From Leucoraja ocellata (taxonomy: Eukaryota), in NCBI GenBank assembly GCA_036785375.1, contig JAWMAR010000094.1, forward strand, positions 6,696,001 through 6,760,000: a stretch of DNA of 64,000 nt, written 5' to 3'. Below are positions 37,863 through 49,881 of this stretch, piece by piece. The notes under the pieces were generated by a model, which was given only the letters and a program-made list of their open reading frames with translations, was not told the origin of the DNA and did no database searches. The number at the start of each line of letters is the position of its first letter. Position 1 is the first letter of the stretch. The translations under genes were made by a program, and so were the position numbers.

Positions 37863-37914
37863 ATGGCCCCAGCGCTGCACCTACTGTGGCATCTGCTGCT
37901 GCTGCTCCCTACAG
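37863..37914 (+). CDS. Ig light chain (sigma-cart / type I) leader exon
   Basis: MAPALHLLWHLLLLLPT+G hydrophobic signal peptide; phase-1 donor G|GTGAGA at 37915. Confidence 0.9.
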
Positions 37915-38039
37915 GTGAGACTCGGGTTGGTTCACGACTGATTATGTGCAACGAGGCTCGTTAAAATCTCCACCATCATCGGTGCTCTACGCGTCTTTAA
38001 CCTTCTGTGGGCTCCAGATCACCCAGTCGTTTCATCCGT

Positions 38040-38270
38040 TCATAAGTGATCGGCCATTCAATCACGGATGATCTATCTCTTTCTCCCAACCCCATTCTCC
38101 TGCTTTCTCCGCATAACCCCTGTCACCCGAACGAATCACGGATCTATCTATCTCTGCCTGAAATACATCCATTAACTTGGCCTAAACCGCGGTCTGTGGC
38201 AAACAATTCGCCTCCCTCGGACGAAAGAAACTCTTCACCATCTCATTCCTAAATGAATATATTTTATTTC
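38040..38270 (-). mobile_element. Degenerate CR1 3' fragment in the leader-V intron
   Basis: ggccattc...cccattctcctgctttctccgcataaccc resembles the CR1 3' UTR. Confidence 0.55.
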
Positions 38271-38309
38271 TGAGGCTTTGATGAATGTTTTTATTGTGTT
38301 TTGTTGAAG

Positions 38310-38669
38310 GTCTCCTGGCGATTCCAGTCCTGAATCAAACCCCAACGTCCGGACCCGTCTCCGCGGCACAGACCGCCCGCTTAGAGTGTCGGATGCAGAA
38401 TGGAAATGTTGCAAGTTACAATGTATTTTGGTATCGACAGCGTCCCGGGGAGAGTCCAAAGTGGTTGGTAACGTATGAAACCGATAATGATATATACCGT
38501 GGCAGTGGGATCACAGACCGGTTCCAGCCGTCCAGAGATACTTCCGCCAACAGCTACATCCTGACCATCGGTACCGTGGAGCCCCGCGACGCCGCCGTCT
38601 ACTACTGTGCAGTGTGGGAAAATAATGTGGGATACTTCTTCAGCCCTGGGACTATCCTGGAAATAAATA
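38310..38669 (+). CDS. Ig light chain germline-joined VJ exon (sigma-cart / type I, NS5-like)
   Basis: Acceptor ttgttgaag|g. Reads IPVLNQTP..LEC..FWYRQRPG..DRFQPSRDTSANSYILTI..DAAVYYC-AVWENNVGYF-FSPGTILEIN. Donor A|GTAAGT at 38670. No heptamer or nonamer between V and J. Confidence 0.95.
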
Positions 38670-39221
38670 GTAAGTGACTCCCTCGTTCTGTTCCCATGAA
38701 TCCCCTTGCAGTCGTTCTCATTCCCCGGCGCTCGGTGCATCCCCAGACCGGGAACGTCGGACTTGTATCTGCGCGCCGTAAAAACTTGCTCTGTCTCTAC
38801 TGGGCGCGGGAGGCCATTCTGCCCAATCGGGTCCGCTCCGTACGTCAGCGGTCGGGAGAGTATTCCCGCCAGCGGGGATTCCTGCATCGTTAACACAAGC
38901 CGCAGTTTGCGACAATCAAACGCGTTAATGTTGGGGAAACAAGGAAGACAATTTGCACGCATTCTGACGAAAGACATTGAGGAAAATACCGGGCAGCGGG
39001 TTGGGCGAGTCGGCTAGAGAGTGTAGCGGGAAAGGACGTGTTGGTGCGGGCTCGGGGTGAATCCGGGATGAACCGGTCGTTTCATCGTCTCTCCACCTCT
39101 CAATGGCTTGTGGATCCGCGCTGCGTCCCCCCGCTCCCCTTGCATCACCTGACAGGGAGTGTTGGATATCCGGAGGCCTCTCCGGTACCGGTACTTCCCG
39201 CCATAACTCCTTAAAGTGGTT

Positions 39222-39530
39222 GCTGCACATTGGCTCAACTGTAGATACGTTGCCTCACTGCGCCAGATTCCGCGATTCGAGCCTGACCTCGGGTGCTGTC
39301 TGTGTGGAGGTTGCAAGTTCTCCCTGGGATTCCTCCGGCTGCTCCGGTTTTCCCTCACATCCCAAAGACGTGCGGGTTTGTAGGTTAATTACCCGTCGGT
39401 GAATAGCCCCTGGTGTACGGGGAGTGGTTGAGAAGCGGGATATCATAGAACTAGTGTGAACGGGTGATAAATGGCCAGTGTGGACTCGGTGGGCCGAAGG
39501 ACCAGTTTCCATGCTGTATCTCCTAAAATA
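39222..39530 (+). mobile_element. tRNA-derived SINE (HE1/V-SINE type) in the J-C intron
   Basis: tRNA-like head, gctccggttttccctcacatcccaaagacgtgcgggtttgtagg core, CR1-like tail. Confidence 0.8.
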
Positions 39531-39650
39531 GCTACATTCGCAAATTCACATTCAAGCGAATTCCAGAGCTGGGGTCAGTGTGAGGCGCTGCCGACGGTCT
39601 CCATCAACTAACAATGCCTCTCTTCTCTTCCGCCCCTCTCCTCCACACAG

Positions 39651-39979
39651 GTAGCGAGTCTCGGAAGCCCACGCTTCTCCTGCTCCCTCCGTCTCCGGAG
39701 GAAACTGGCACGGGCTCGGCCACACTCAGCTGCCTGGTGAGCGGCTTTAAGCCGGGCCTCGTGGCGCTGCGCTGGGCCGTGGACGGCGTGGAGACGGAGA
39801 GCGGGGTGACGACGGGCGCCGTGTCCCCGGACGCCGAGCAGACGTACAGGCTGAGCAGTTACCTGCGGGTCCCCGCCGCCGCATGGGGCAAGGGCACGAG
39901 CTATTCCTGCAGCGTAGCCCATAGCTCTCTGGGCTCGCCTCTCCGCCACACCGTCTCCTCATCATCTTGCGCGAACTGA
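39651..39979 (+). CDS. Ig light chain constant exon (sigma-cart / type I)
   Basis: Polypyrimidine tract + cacag| acceptor. Reads SESRKPTLLLLPPS..ATLSCLVSGFKPG..W..DG..YRLSSYLRVPAAAW..YSCSVAH..SCAN*: C1-set Cys pair plus subterminal Cys for the H-L bond. Spliced CDS is 741 nt (246 aa). Confidence 0.95.
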
Positions 39980-40253
39980 ATTCGTGCCATTGGCATCGGC
40001 TGCCAATTCTCTGCTATGTTTAACACAGAGAGATGTTCACTATGGTCTGCCGCCACATTGTGCAATGTAACCTATAGCAATGTCCGCTTCTGGGAACAAC
40101 ACGAATATGTAATTATCTCAGAGATCAGTGCGAATTTCGTTGTAGATTTGTCTCCAGTTCTATGTGTCTTACTGCCTCTGTCTGTAGAATGGGGGCAGAT
40201 TCCCCTGTAGACAGTAACCGTGTTGTGATTGGATCTGGTGTAACTCAGCTCTC

Positions 40254-40259
40254 AATAAA
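40254..40259 (+). terminator. Polyadenylation signal of the IgL gene
   Basis: First AATAAA after the stop (275 nt downstream), followed by GT/T-rich sequence. Confidence 0.65.
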
Positions 40260-40916
40260 GAGGAAAAACTGCAGTGTGATTCCATTGGTCTGTTTTCACT
40301 CGGATCCTCGCAGTACATTGAGGGGTTTGGGGCAAAGACGTGGCGATCAGGAGCCGCCTTACACAACTACAGCCAGTTCCGCTCAAACGGCTGATTCCGC
40401 TCCTCTTGATCAATCCCACTCTGTGTCTGCACCGACCTCTTCCCCCCTCTCCCACCTGCCGCCGTCTGCCGGTCCCTCTATTCTGCGTCCCGTCTCTCCT
40501 ACCTCCATCGCAACCTCACGTGTTTATCCTACTCCCCATTTCCCACCTATAGCCCCTCTGGATGCTAGTTGCACAATCTCGCCGCTCTTTGGTCAAATTT
40601 GTGGGAGGGGCTGGGACACACACGCGAACACACACACACACACACTTGAAACACGGAGCTGGGCTCATCCGCTCCGATCCATCCGTCAAATTTTGTCCGT
40701 TCCGTTTGTAATTCGATGCATTCCGGGCACGTTGTTCGATTCTGAAGCTGCCGACGCTGCAATATTCAACATGTCGGAGGGAGGGAAACATAATTACGTG
40801 ACAAAAAATAAGCCGAAGTCGATCGTTGGACCATTCAACTTGATCATGGTTCACCTCTCAACCTCGTACTGATTTCGCCAATTAACTCCCAGCCGTGATC
40901 TATAATTGTAAGGAAA

Positions 40917-41120
40917 GACGTGCAATGCCGGAGTAACATCGCTGCTCAGGCAGCATCCCTGGAGCACGTGGGTAGGTGAAAACTCGGTTAGAGACCCTTC
41001 TTCAGATTTAGCTCCGAACCTAAACGTCACCTATCCATGTTCTCCATGGATGCTATCCGACCCATTACCAATGTCTATCCTTGGTCAACTAGCATCTGCA
41101 GTTGATTGTTTGCAGTTGCC
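40917..41120. mobile_element. Old inverted pair of Penelope pLTR-like repeats
   Basis: ggcagcatccctggag...ggtaggtga...gacccttcttcaga followed by aacgtcacctatccatgttctccatggatgct. Confidence 0.55.
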
Positions 41121-41319
41121 GCTATAAATGCACGAAGTTCCCAGATATCAGTAATAATGTGACGCTATCTCTCGGGAAGCATTCGCTACTGAGGACAGAG
41201 TGGGCGAACACTAAAGTACATACAAGCTGACCACCGGGTTGTCAATGTTTAAGAATGAACAGCAAATGCTGAAACATCGAAGGTAGACAAAAATGCTGGA
41301 GAAACTCAGCGGGTGAAGC

Positions 41320-42085
41320 AACATAGGACGTACATGGTAAATGGTAGGGAATTGAAGAATACAGTTGAACAGAGGGATCTGGGTATAACCGTGCATAGTT
41401 CCTTGAAGGTGGAATCTCATATAGATAGGGTGGTAAAGAAAGCTTTTGGTATGCTAGCCTTTATAAATCAGAGCATTGAGTATAGAAGCAGGGATATAAT
41501 GTTAAAATTGTACAAGGCATTGGTGAGACCAAATCTGGAGTATGGCGTACAATTTTGGTCGCCCAATTATAGGAAGGATGTCAACAAAATAGAGAGAGTA
41601 CAGAGTACAGATTTACTAGAATGTTGCCTGGGTTTCAACAACTAAGGTACAGAGATAGGTTGAATAAGTTAGGTCTTTATTCTCTGGAGCGCAGAAGGTT
41701 AAGGGGGGACTTGATTGAGGTCTTTAAAATGATGAGAGGGATAGACAGAGTTGATGTGGACAAGCTTTTCCCTTTGAGAATAGGGAAGATTCAAACAAGG
41801 ACATGACTTCAGAATTAAGGGACAGAAGTTTAGGGGTAATATGAGGGGGAACTTCTTTACTCAGAGAGTGGTAGCGGTGTGGAATGAGCTTCCAGTGGAA
41901 GTGGTGGAGGCAGGTTCATTGGTATAATTTAAAAATAAATTGGATAGGCATATGGATGAGAACAGAATGGAGGGTTATGGTATGAGTGCAGGCATGTGGG
42001 ACTAAGGGGAAAAAAGTTGTTCGGCACGGACTTGTAGGGCCGAGATGGCCTGTTTCCGTGCTGTAATTGTGAAATGGTTATATGG
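41320..42085 (+). mobile_element. CR1 LINE 3' fragment
   Basis: ORFs 41313-41645 and 41621-41806. Confidence 0.9.
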
Positions 42086-42464
42086 TTTCGGGTCGAGACC
42101 CTTCTTCAGACCGGTGTGAGGGTGGGGGGTGGGCGGGAAGCGGAAAGGAAGAGGCGAAGACATGCTGAGGGAGAGATGAGAAGGGGAGGAGAAAGCAGGG
42201 ACTACCTGAAATTGGAGTATAGTCGAGATAGCCATGGGAGTCAGTGGGTGTCGGTCAGTACATCTACTTACTGGCCGACATCTGCTATAAACCCACTGAC
42301 TCCCATGGCTATCTGGACTACACTTCTTCCCACCCTGCTTCCTGTAAGGACTCCATCCCCTACTCCAAATTCCTCCGTCTACGCCGGATCTGCACGCAGG
42401 ATGAGGTGTTCCATTCCAGGGCATCAGAGATGTCTTCATTCATCAGGGTTCCCTTCTTCGATTT

Positions 42465-43860
42465 AAATCTTTTTATTTGAATTTCACAGCAATTTGCATA
42501 CATACAATGATAACAGACAGTGACAGTCAAGGCATAATTGTGCAACAGTATGTAAGTGAGCCTCAAAGCCCTTACCCTTACCCACCTTCAACCCACCCGA
42601 ATCAGGTCGGAACCAAACGGGGACAAACAACACTCACATACATACACATCCACACAAATATGGTAAGATAAACGAAACAAAAAGTACTAAAAAAAAATTT
42701 TTTTTAAATAAAAATAAAAATTTTAAAAAAGGGGTCACTAATAACAGTAAATAAGTAAATAATTAAATAAATACGTGTGGGGAGGGGGGGGGGGGGTTAA
42801 GGGGAAAGCAGCTGCAGTAGAGCAGAACTATGGTGGAGAGCACTCAGTCCTCTTCCGAGTCCAGGGACAAGTTGAGAGTGTTAACAAGTTCCAAGAAAGG
42901 GTTCCATGTATCTAGGAATGTCTTGGTAGAGCCTTTGAGAGGGAACCTAAGTTTTTCAAGCTTTAAATTGTAAAGCACCTCCTTAATCCAGCGGGCGTGT
43001 GTCGGGGGACAGGTAAGCCTCCAGTTAAGCAAGATCAGTCTCCGGGCTAACAAGGTTGTAAAAGCTAGGACCCGTTTCACCGCAACATAGAGGTTGGTGT
43101 TGGGAGGGGTACCGAAAATGGCTGACAGTGGGTTTGGAGGAATAGTCTGGCCGTAGGTTCTGCTTATCAAGTCGAAAGCACTCCTCCAAAAGGCTGCTAG
43201 CTTAGGGCAAGACCAGAACATATGGCTATGGTTGCAGGAGATTGATTACATCTGTTGCAGGTGTCCCTAACAGCGGGGTAAATTCTAGATAATCTTGCAT
43301 TTGTGTAGTGGACTTTGTGAAGGACTTTGCATTGGATTAGGCCATGACGGGCACATGTGGAGGAAGAATGGATCAAATCCAAGGCAGAGTCCCATTGCTG
43401 TTCTGTTAGTTTCGTTTTCAGCTCACCCTCCCACACAGCTTTTAATGAGGTATGAGGTTTCAATATAACCGACCCTAACAAGTTATACAAAACAGAGATG
43501 CATTTCTTCCGGTTGGGATCTAGAGCTAAGATGGTATCGGTCAGGGTCTCAGGGGGGCGATTTGGGAAATGGGGGGATGTCTTCTTCACAAAATCCCTAA
43601 TCTGGAAAAAACGAAAAAGGTGGGAGTTTGGGAGGCTATAGTTGGATGAGAGTTCCGCAAAAGACGAAGAGATGCCATCCTTGTATAGGTTTTTGATACA
43701 ACTGATACCGTTGCTATGCCAGGTTTTGAATGCGTGGTCTGTACTTGAAGGTTTAAAGATGTGGTTTTTAAGCAGTGGGGTCAAGATGGAAGGGCCTTGT
43801 AAACCGAAGTTTTTCCTGAGTTGACTCCATATCTTGAGCGAGGGGGACGCAATTGGGCCT
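42465..43860 (-). mobile_element. L1-clade (fish-type) LINE 3' portion
   Basis: CNRCNQ...HMFWSCPKL..FW (CCHC knuckle), LLARRLILLNW, LEKLRF...F..TW.PF; A-rich 3' end near 42470. Confidence 0.85.
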
Positions 43861-44979
43861 GCACCCCTCTTCTACTATAGCTGAGGCTCTCACCAGGGTC
43901 TCTTCTATACCCCGCAACTCTGCTCTCATTCCCCAACCCCCAACTCGTAACAAGGGCAGAGTACCCCTTGTCCTCATCACATACAACAAATAATTCTCCA
44001 ACTTTTTCACCACCTCCAACGGGATCCCACCACTGGCCACATCTTCCCATCTCCTCCCCTGTATGCTTTCCGCAGAGACCGCACCCTCCATAACTCCCTG
44101 GTTAATTTGTCCCTTCCCACCCAAACCACCCCCTCTCCTGGCACTTTCCCTTGCAACTGCAGGAAATGCTACACTTGTCGCTTTACCTCCCCCCTCGACT
44201 CCATTCAATGACACAGACAGTCTTTCTAGGTGCGGCAGAGGTTCACCAGCATCTCCTCCAACCTCATCTATTGCATCCGCTGCTTTAGGTGTCAGCTGCT
44301 CGACATCAGTGAGACCAAGCGTAGGCTTGGCGATCGCTTGGTCCAACACCTCCGCTCGGTTCGCAATAACCAACCTTATCTCCTGGTGGCTCAGCACTTC
44401 AACTCCCCCTCCCATTCCGAATCTGACCTTTCAGACCTGGGCCTCCTCCATGGCCAGAGTGAGGACCACCGTAAATTGGTGGAGCAGCACCTCATATTTC
44501 GCTTGGGCAGTTTACACCCCAGCGCTATGACCATTGACTTCTCCAATTTCAGATAGTCCCTGCTTTATCCTCCCCTTCTCAGCTCTCCCTCAGCCCACTG
44601 TCTCCGCCTCTTCATTTCGTCTTCCCGCTCCCCCACCCTAACATCAGTCTGAAGAAGGGACTCGACCCGAAACGTTGCCTATATCCTTCCTCCATAGATG
44701 CTGCCTCACCCGCTGAGTTTCTCCAGCATTTTTGTCTACCACCAGGTTGTGAATGGTCCTATTAAAGACAGGGCTTTATTTCATTAATACATGAGCATTT
44801 ATTGATCGTTTCATTAATTAGACACACTTGATGTGAGTTATAACCACCGACTCTCACAGATAATTCAATGAATGCCCACACAAAAGATCATGATGTGAAA
44901 TGGGTGTCTGAGGGGTTGGGTGAAGCCATTTCATTGGGGTTGATCATTGAGGAGAAGGTGAATTTCGAATTAAGTTGAT

Positions 44980-45378
44980 TGAGGGGGGACCTTATAGAAA
45001 CTTACACATTTTTTAAGGGGTTGGACAGGCTAGATGCAGGAAGATTATTCCTGATGTTGGGGAAGTCCTGAACAAGGGGTCACAGTTTAAGGATCAGGGG
45101 GAATCTTTTAGGACCGAGATTAGAAACACATTTTCACATAGAGAGTGGTGAATCTCTGGAATTCTCTGCCACAGAAGGTAGTTGAGGCCAGTTCATCGGC
45201 TATATTTAAGAGGGAGTTAGATGTGGCCCTTCTGGCTAACAGTAACGGGGGGTGTGGAGAGAAGGCAGGTACAGCATACTGAGTTGGATGATCAACCATG
45301 ATCATATTGAATGGTGGTGCAGGCTCGAAGGGCCGAATGGCCTACTCCTGCATCTATCTTCCATGTTTCAATGTTTCT
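44980..45378 (+). mobile_element. CR1 3' fragment
   Basis: Homologous to 14420-14815. Confidence 0.85.
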
Positions 45379-46221
45379 AAGGTGGGAGCTGGAGATTGGG
45401 TGTAAAGAATAAGGAAAGACAGGATGCTGAGTTTAATGCTGCATACCGATATTGTATGTGCCGTAAGTCTCGCTGAATGGTTAGAGAAGTGTAAATATAT
45501 ATATATATGGAGATGGTCGGGGTGCAAAGACTTATGTAGTGAAGTAAGAAATTCCAACCGGATAAACAGCGTTTTTCATTGAGACCAGTTATTCAATTAT
45601 AGAGCAGTACTGCACAGAAACAGGCCTTTCAGGTCACCTTACCCCTGCGGCCAAGTTGGCATACCAGGCTAGTCACATTTGGTTGTAAGCTGTGGGCCGA
45701 GCTTCGAAAATATGTCTAGAATTTAACTTGCGTCACCCATGTCTGTGAACTACTTGAAACTTTGCACATATTTAGATATAATTGAGAAGGAAGTTATACC
45801 TCGTCAGTGCCAAAAGTTGTATTTTAATTAATTAAGCCAATTAGAATATGATATCGAAAAAGTAGGCACCATCTAGTGTCCAATGCCCGTATTAATCCAT
45901 GGGGAGCCTAATTCTGTGCTGCTGTTTGTTTAAGCCATATATATACTAGTGAATATGAGTGTAATTATATATAATTATATTATATAAATATAATATATAT
46001 AAATATAATTATATAAATATAATATAACAAATATAAATGTGAGTGTGTATATTGAGTGGGACTGCCGCAGAGGTCGGGGTCCTGAACCTGCCTAATTAAT
46101 GTGTGAGGGCAGTTCCTGTGGGTTCCCACCTTTACTGAACCCCACTGACTGCCAGTTTGCAGAGTGGGACTGGGGCAGTGCCAGACTGGGGGAAGACTAA
46201 GGCATCTTCCACTGACAGGAA

Positions 46222-49146
46222 AATGCATAATGCGGGGGGTTTCTTAAATGTGCATATTTTAATGCTAGCAGCATTGTAAGAAAGGTGGATGAGCTTAGAG
46301 TCTGGATAGACACCTGGAAGTATGATGTTGTGGCGATCAGTGAAACATGGTTGCAGGAGGGCTGTGATTGGAAACTAAATATTCCAGGATTTCCTTGCTT
46401 CAGACGTGATAGAATTGGAGGAACAAGAGGTGGAGGTGTTGCATTGCTAGTCAGGGAAGATATTGCAGCAGTGCTTTGGCAGGATAGATTGGAGGGCTCA
46501 TCTAGGGAGGCTATTTGGGTGGAACTGAGAAGTGGGAAAGGTGTAGCAAAACTTATAGACCGCCAAATAGACGTATTATAGACCGCCAAATGGGGAACGA
46601 GAATTGGAAGAGCAAATATGTAAGGAGATAGCAGATATTAGTAGTAAGCACATGGTAGTGATTGTGGGAGATGTTAACTTTCCACACATAGACTGGGAAA
46701 CACATTCTGTAAATGGGCTGGATGGTTTGTAGTTTGTAAAATGTGTGCAGTATAGTTTTTTACAGCAATACATAGAGGTACCTACTAGAGGAGGGGCAGT
46801 GCTGGACCTCCTGTTAGGAAATGAGACGGGACAAGTGGCAGAGGTATGCGTTGGGGAGCACGTCGGGTCCAGTGATCACAATTCCATTAGTTTCAATATA
46901 ATTATGGAGAAGGTCAGAACTGGACCTAGGGTTGAGATTTTTGATTGGAGAAAGGCTAACTTTGATGAGATGCGAGATGATGTAAAAGGAGTGAACTGGG
47001 ACATTTTGTTTTATGGGAAAGATGTAGAAGAGAAATGGAGGACATTTAAAGGAGAAATTTTAAGAGTAAAGAAACTTTATGTTCCTGTTCGGTTGAAAGG
47101 AAACAGTGAAAATTGGAAAGAGCCCTGGTTTTCAAGGGAAATTGGACATCTTGTTCGGAAAAAGAGGGAAATCTACAATAATTATAGGCAGCATGAAGTA
47201 AATGAGGTGCCTGTGGAGTATAAGGAATGTAAAAAGAATCTTAAGAAAGAAATTATAAAAGCTAAAAGAAGATATGAGGTTGCTTTGGCAAGTAAGGTGA
47301 AAGTAAATACAAAGGGTTTCTACAGCTACATTAATAGCAAAAGCATAACGAGAGATAAAATTGGTCCATTGGAGAGACAGAGTGAGCAGCTATCTGCAGA
47401 GCCAAAAGAGATGGGGGAGATATTGAACAATTTCTTTTCTTTGGTATTCACCAAGGAGAAGGATATTGAATTATGTGAGGTAAGGTAAACTAGTAGAGTA
47501 GCTATGGATACTATGAGTTTCAAAGTAAAAGAAGTACTGACACTTTTGAAAAATATAAAAGTGGATAAGTCTCCAGGTCCTGACAGGATATTCCCTAGGA
47601 CATTGAGGGAAGTTAGTGTAGAAATAGCCGGGGCTATGACAGAAATATTTCAAATGTCATTAGAAACGGGAATAGTCCTCGAGGATTGGCGTACTGCGCA
47701 TGTTGTTCCATTGTTTAAAAAGGGTTCTAAGAGTAAATCTAGCAATTATAGACCTGTTCGTTTGACTTCAGTGGTGGGCAAATTAATGGAAAGGATACTT
47801 AGAGATAATATATATAAGCATCTGGATAAACAGGGTCTGATTAGAAACAGTCAACATGGATTTGTGCCTGGAAGGTCATGTTTGACTAATCTTCTTGAAT
47901 GTTTTGAAGAGGTTACTAGGGAAATTGACGAGGGTAAAGCAGTGGATGTTGTCTATGTGGACTTTAGTAAGGACTTTGACAAGGTTCCTCATGGAAGGTT
48001 GGTTAAGAAGGTTAAACTGTTGGGTATAAATGCAGGAATAGCAAGATGGATTCAACAGTGGCTGAATGGGAGAAGTCAGAGGGTAATGGTGGATGGCTGT
48101 TTGTCGGGTTGGAGGCAGGTGACTAGTGGGGTGCCTCAGGGATCTGTGTTGGGTCCTTTGTTGTTTGTCATGTACATCAATGATCTGGATGAAGGGGTGG
48201 TAAATTGGATTAATAAGTATGCAGATGATACCAAGATAGGGGGTGTTGTGGATAATGAAGAGGATTTCCAAAGTCTCCAGAGTGATTTAGGCCATTTGGA
48301 AAAATGGGCTGAAAGATGGCAGATGGAGTTTAATGCTGATAAATGTGAGGTGCTACACCTTGGCAGGACAAATCAAAATAGGACGTACATGATAAATGGT
48401 AGGGAATTGAAGAATACAGTTGAACAGAGGGATCTGGGAATAACCGTGAATAGTTCCTTGAAGTTGGATTCTCATATAGATAGGGTGGTAAAGAAAGCTT
48501 TTGGTATGCTAGCCTTTATAAATCAGAGCATTGCGTATAGAAGCTGGGATGTAATGTTAAAATTGTACAAGGCATTGGTGAGACCAAATCTGGAGTATGG
48601 TGTACAATTTTGGTCGCCCAATTATAGGAAGGATGTCAACAAAATAGAGAGAGTACAGAGGAGATTTACTAGAATGTTGCCTGGGTTTCAACAACTAAGT
48701 TACAGAGATAGGTTGAATAAGTTAGGTCTTCATTCTCTGGAGCACAGAAGGTTAAGGGGGGACTTGATAGAGGTCTTTAAAATGATGAGAGGGATAGACA
48801 GAGTTGATGTGGACAAGCTTTTCCCTTTGAGAATAGGGACGATTCAAACAAGAGGACATGACTTCAGAATTAAGGGACAGAAGTTTAAGAGTAACATGAG
48901 GGGGAACGTCTTTACTCAGAGAGTGGTAGCGGTGTGGAATGAGCTTCCAGTGCAAGTGGTGGCGGCATGTTCGTTGGTATCATTTAAAAATAAATTGGAT
49001 AGGCGTATGGATGAGAAGGGAATGGAGGGTTATGGTATGCGTGCAGGCAGGTGGGACTAAGGGAAAAAAAGTTGTTCGGCACCGACTTCTAGGGCCGAGA
49101 TGGCCTCTTTCCATCCTGTAATTGTTATATGGTTATATGGTTATAA
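46222..49146 (+). mobile_element. CR1 LINE with near-complete ORF2 (APE + RT), few disablements
   Basis: YFNASSI, VAISETWL, SSDHNSI, SPGPD, VPQGSVLGP, KYADD; stops near 46730 and 47488; ttatatgg tail. Confidence 0.95.
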
Positions 49147-49442
49147 CCCTAACCCTAACTCGCCCCCTTGCAGAGCTGTCCACGGCTGGAGCTGAAGCCG
49201 TTTTGGGCTCCGTAAGTGTGGCTACTCAGCGTGTTCAACTCGGCCAGCATGCTCTTTTGGATCATCATGGTGATGATGGTGGGGAGCAGCACTGCCCTGC
49301 ACGCCGCCCAGGCCGCCTTTAGCACCCCCATAGCGCGGCTCCGTCAGTCGGCCCGCTCGTTCGTTGCAACACCGACCGTCCGACAGCCCGAGCGACCCCT
49401 CGCAACATGTACCGGTGGCCCGGCAGCCCGACCGGCCCTTCA

Positions 49443-49740
49443 CATAGAAACATAGAAATTAGGTTCAGGAGTAGGCCATTCGGCCCTTCGAGCCTGCACC
49501 GCCATTCAATATGATCATGGCTGATCATCCAACTCAGTATCCCGTACCTGCCTTCTCTCCATACCCTCTGATCCCCTTAGCCACAAGGGCCACATCTAAC
49601 TCCCTCTTAAATATAGCCAATGAACTGGCCTCAACTACCCTCTGTGGCAGAGAGTTCCAGAGATTCACCACTCTCTGTGTGAAAAAAGTTCTCCTCATCT
49701 CGGTTTTAAAGGATTTCCCACTTATCCTTAAGCTGTGACA
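49443..49740 (-). mobile_element. CR1 3' end
   Basis: Near-identical to 16788-17080. Confidence 0.9.
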
Positions 49741-49881
49741 CAGCATCCACCGGCTCACCGGCAGCCCTACTGACCCTTCACAGCACTCACCGGCAGCCCG
49801 ACCGACAGACTGGTCGACTGATCGACTGACTTCTGGCTGACCGACCGACCGACTGACCGACTGATTGACCACTGACTGACT

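Larger units (their letters stand above)
41282..44740 (+). mobile_element. Penelope-like element with inverted 5' pLTR, interrupted by CR1 and L1
   Basis: Inverted ends ggtagacaaaaatgctggagaaactcagcgggtga (41282) and tcacccgctgagtttctccagcatttttgtctacc (to 44740). ORF pieces 42262-42458 and 43862-44556 are homologous to 133-1180. Confidence 0.85.

Noticed and set aside
38285-38309. ORF-track start MFLLCFVE as the V signal peptide (likewise 39614 for C)
   Set aside because: These are intronic polypyrimidine/acceptor sequences; the true leader is the exon at 37863-37914.
40162-40872. 236-aa ORF downstream of the C exon as a possible extra or membrane exon
   Set aside because: It has no domain or TM features, spans the poly(A) signal and a CA repeat, and is a GC-rich chance ORF.
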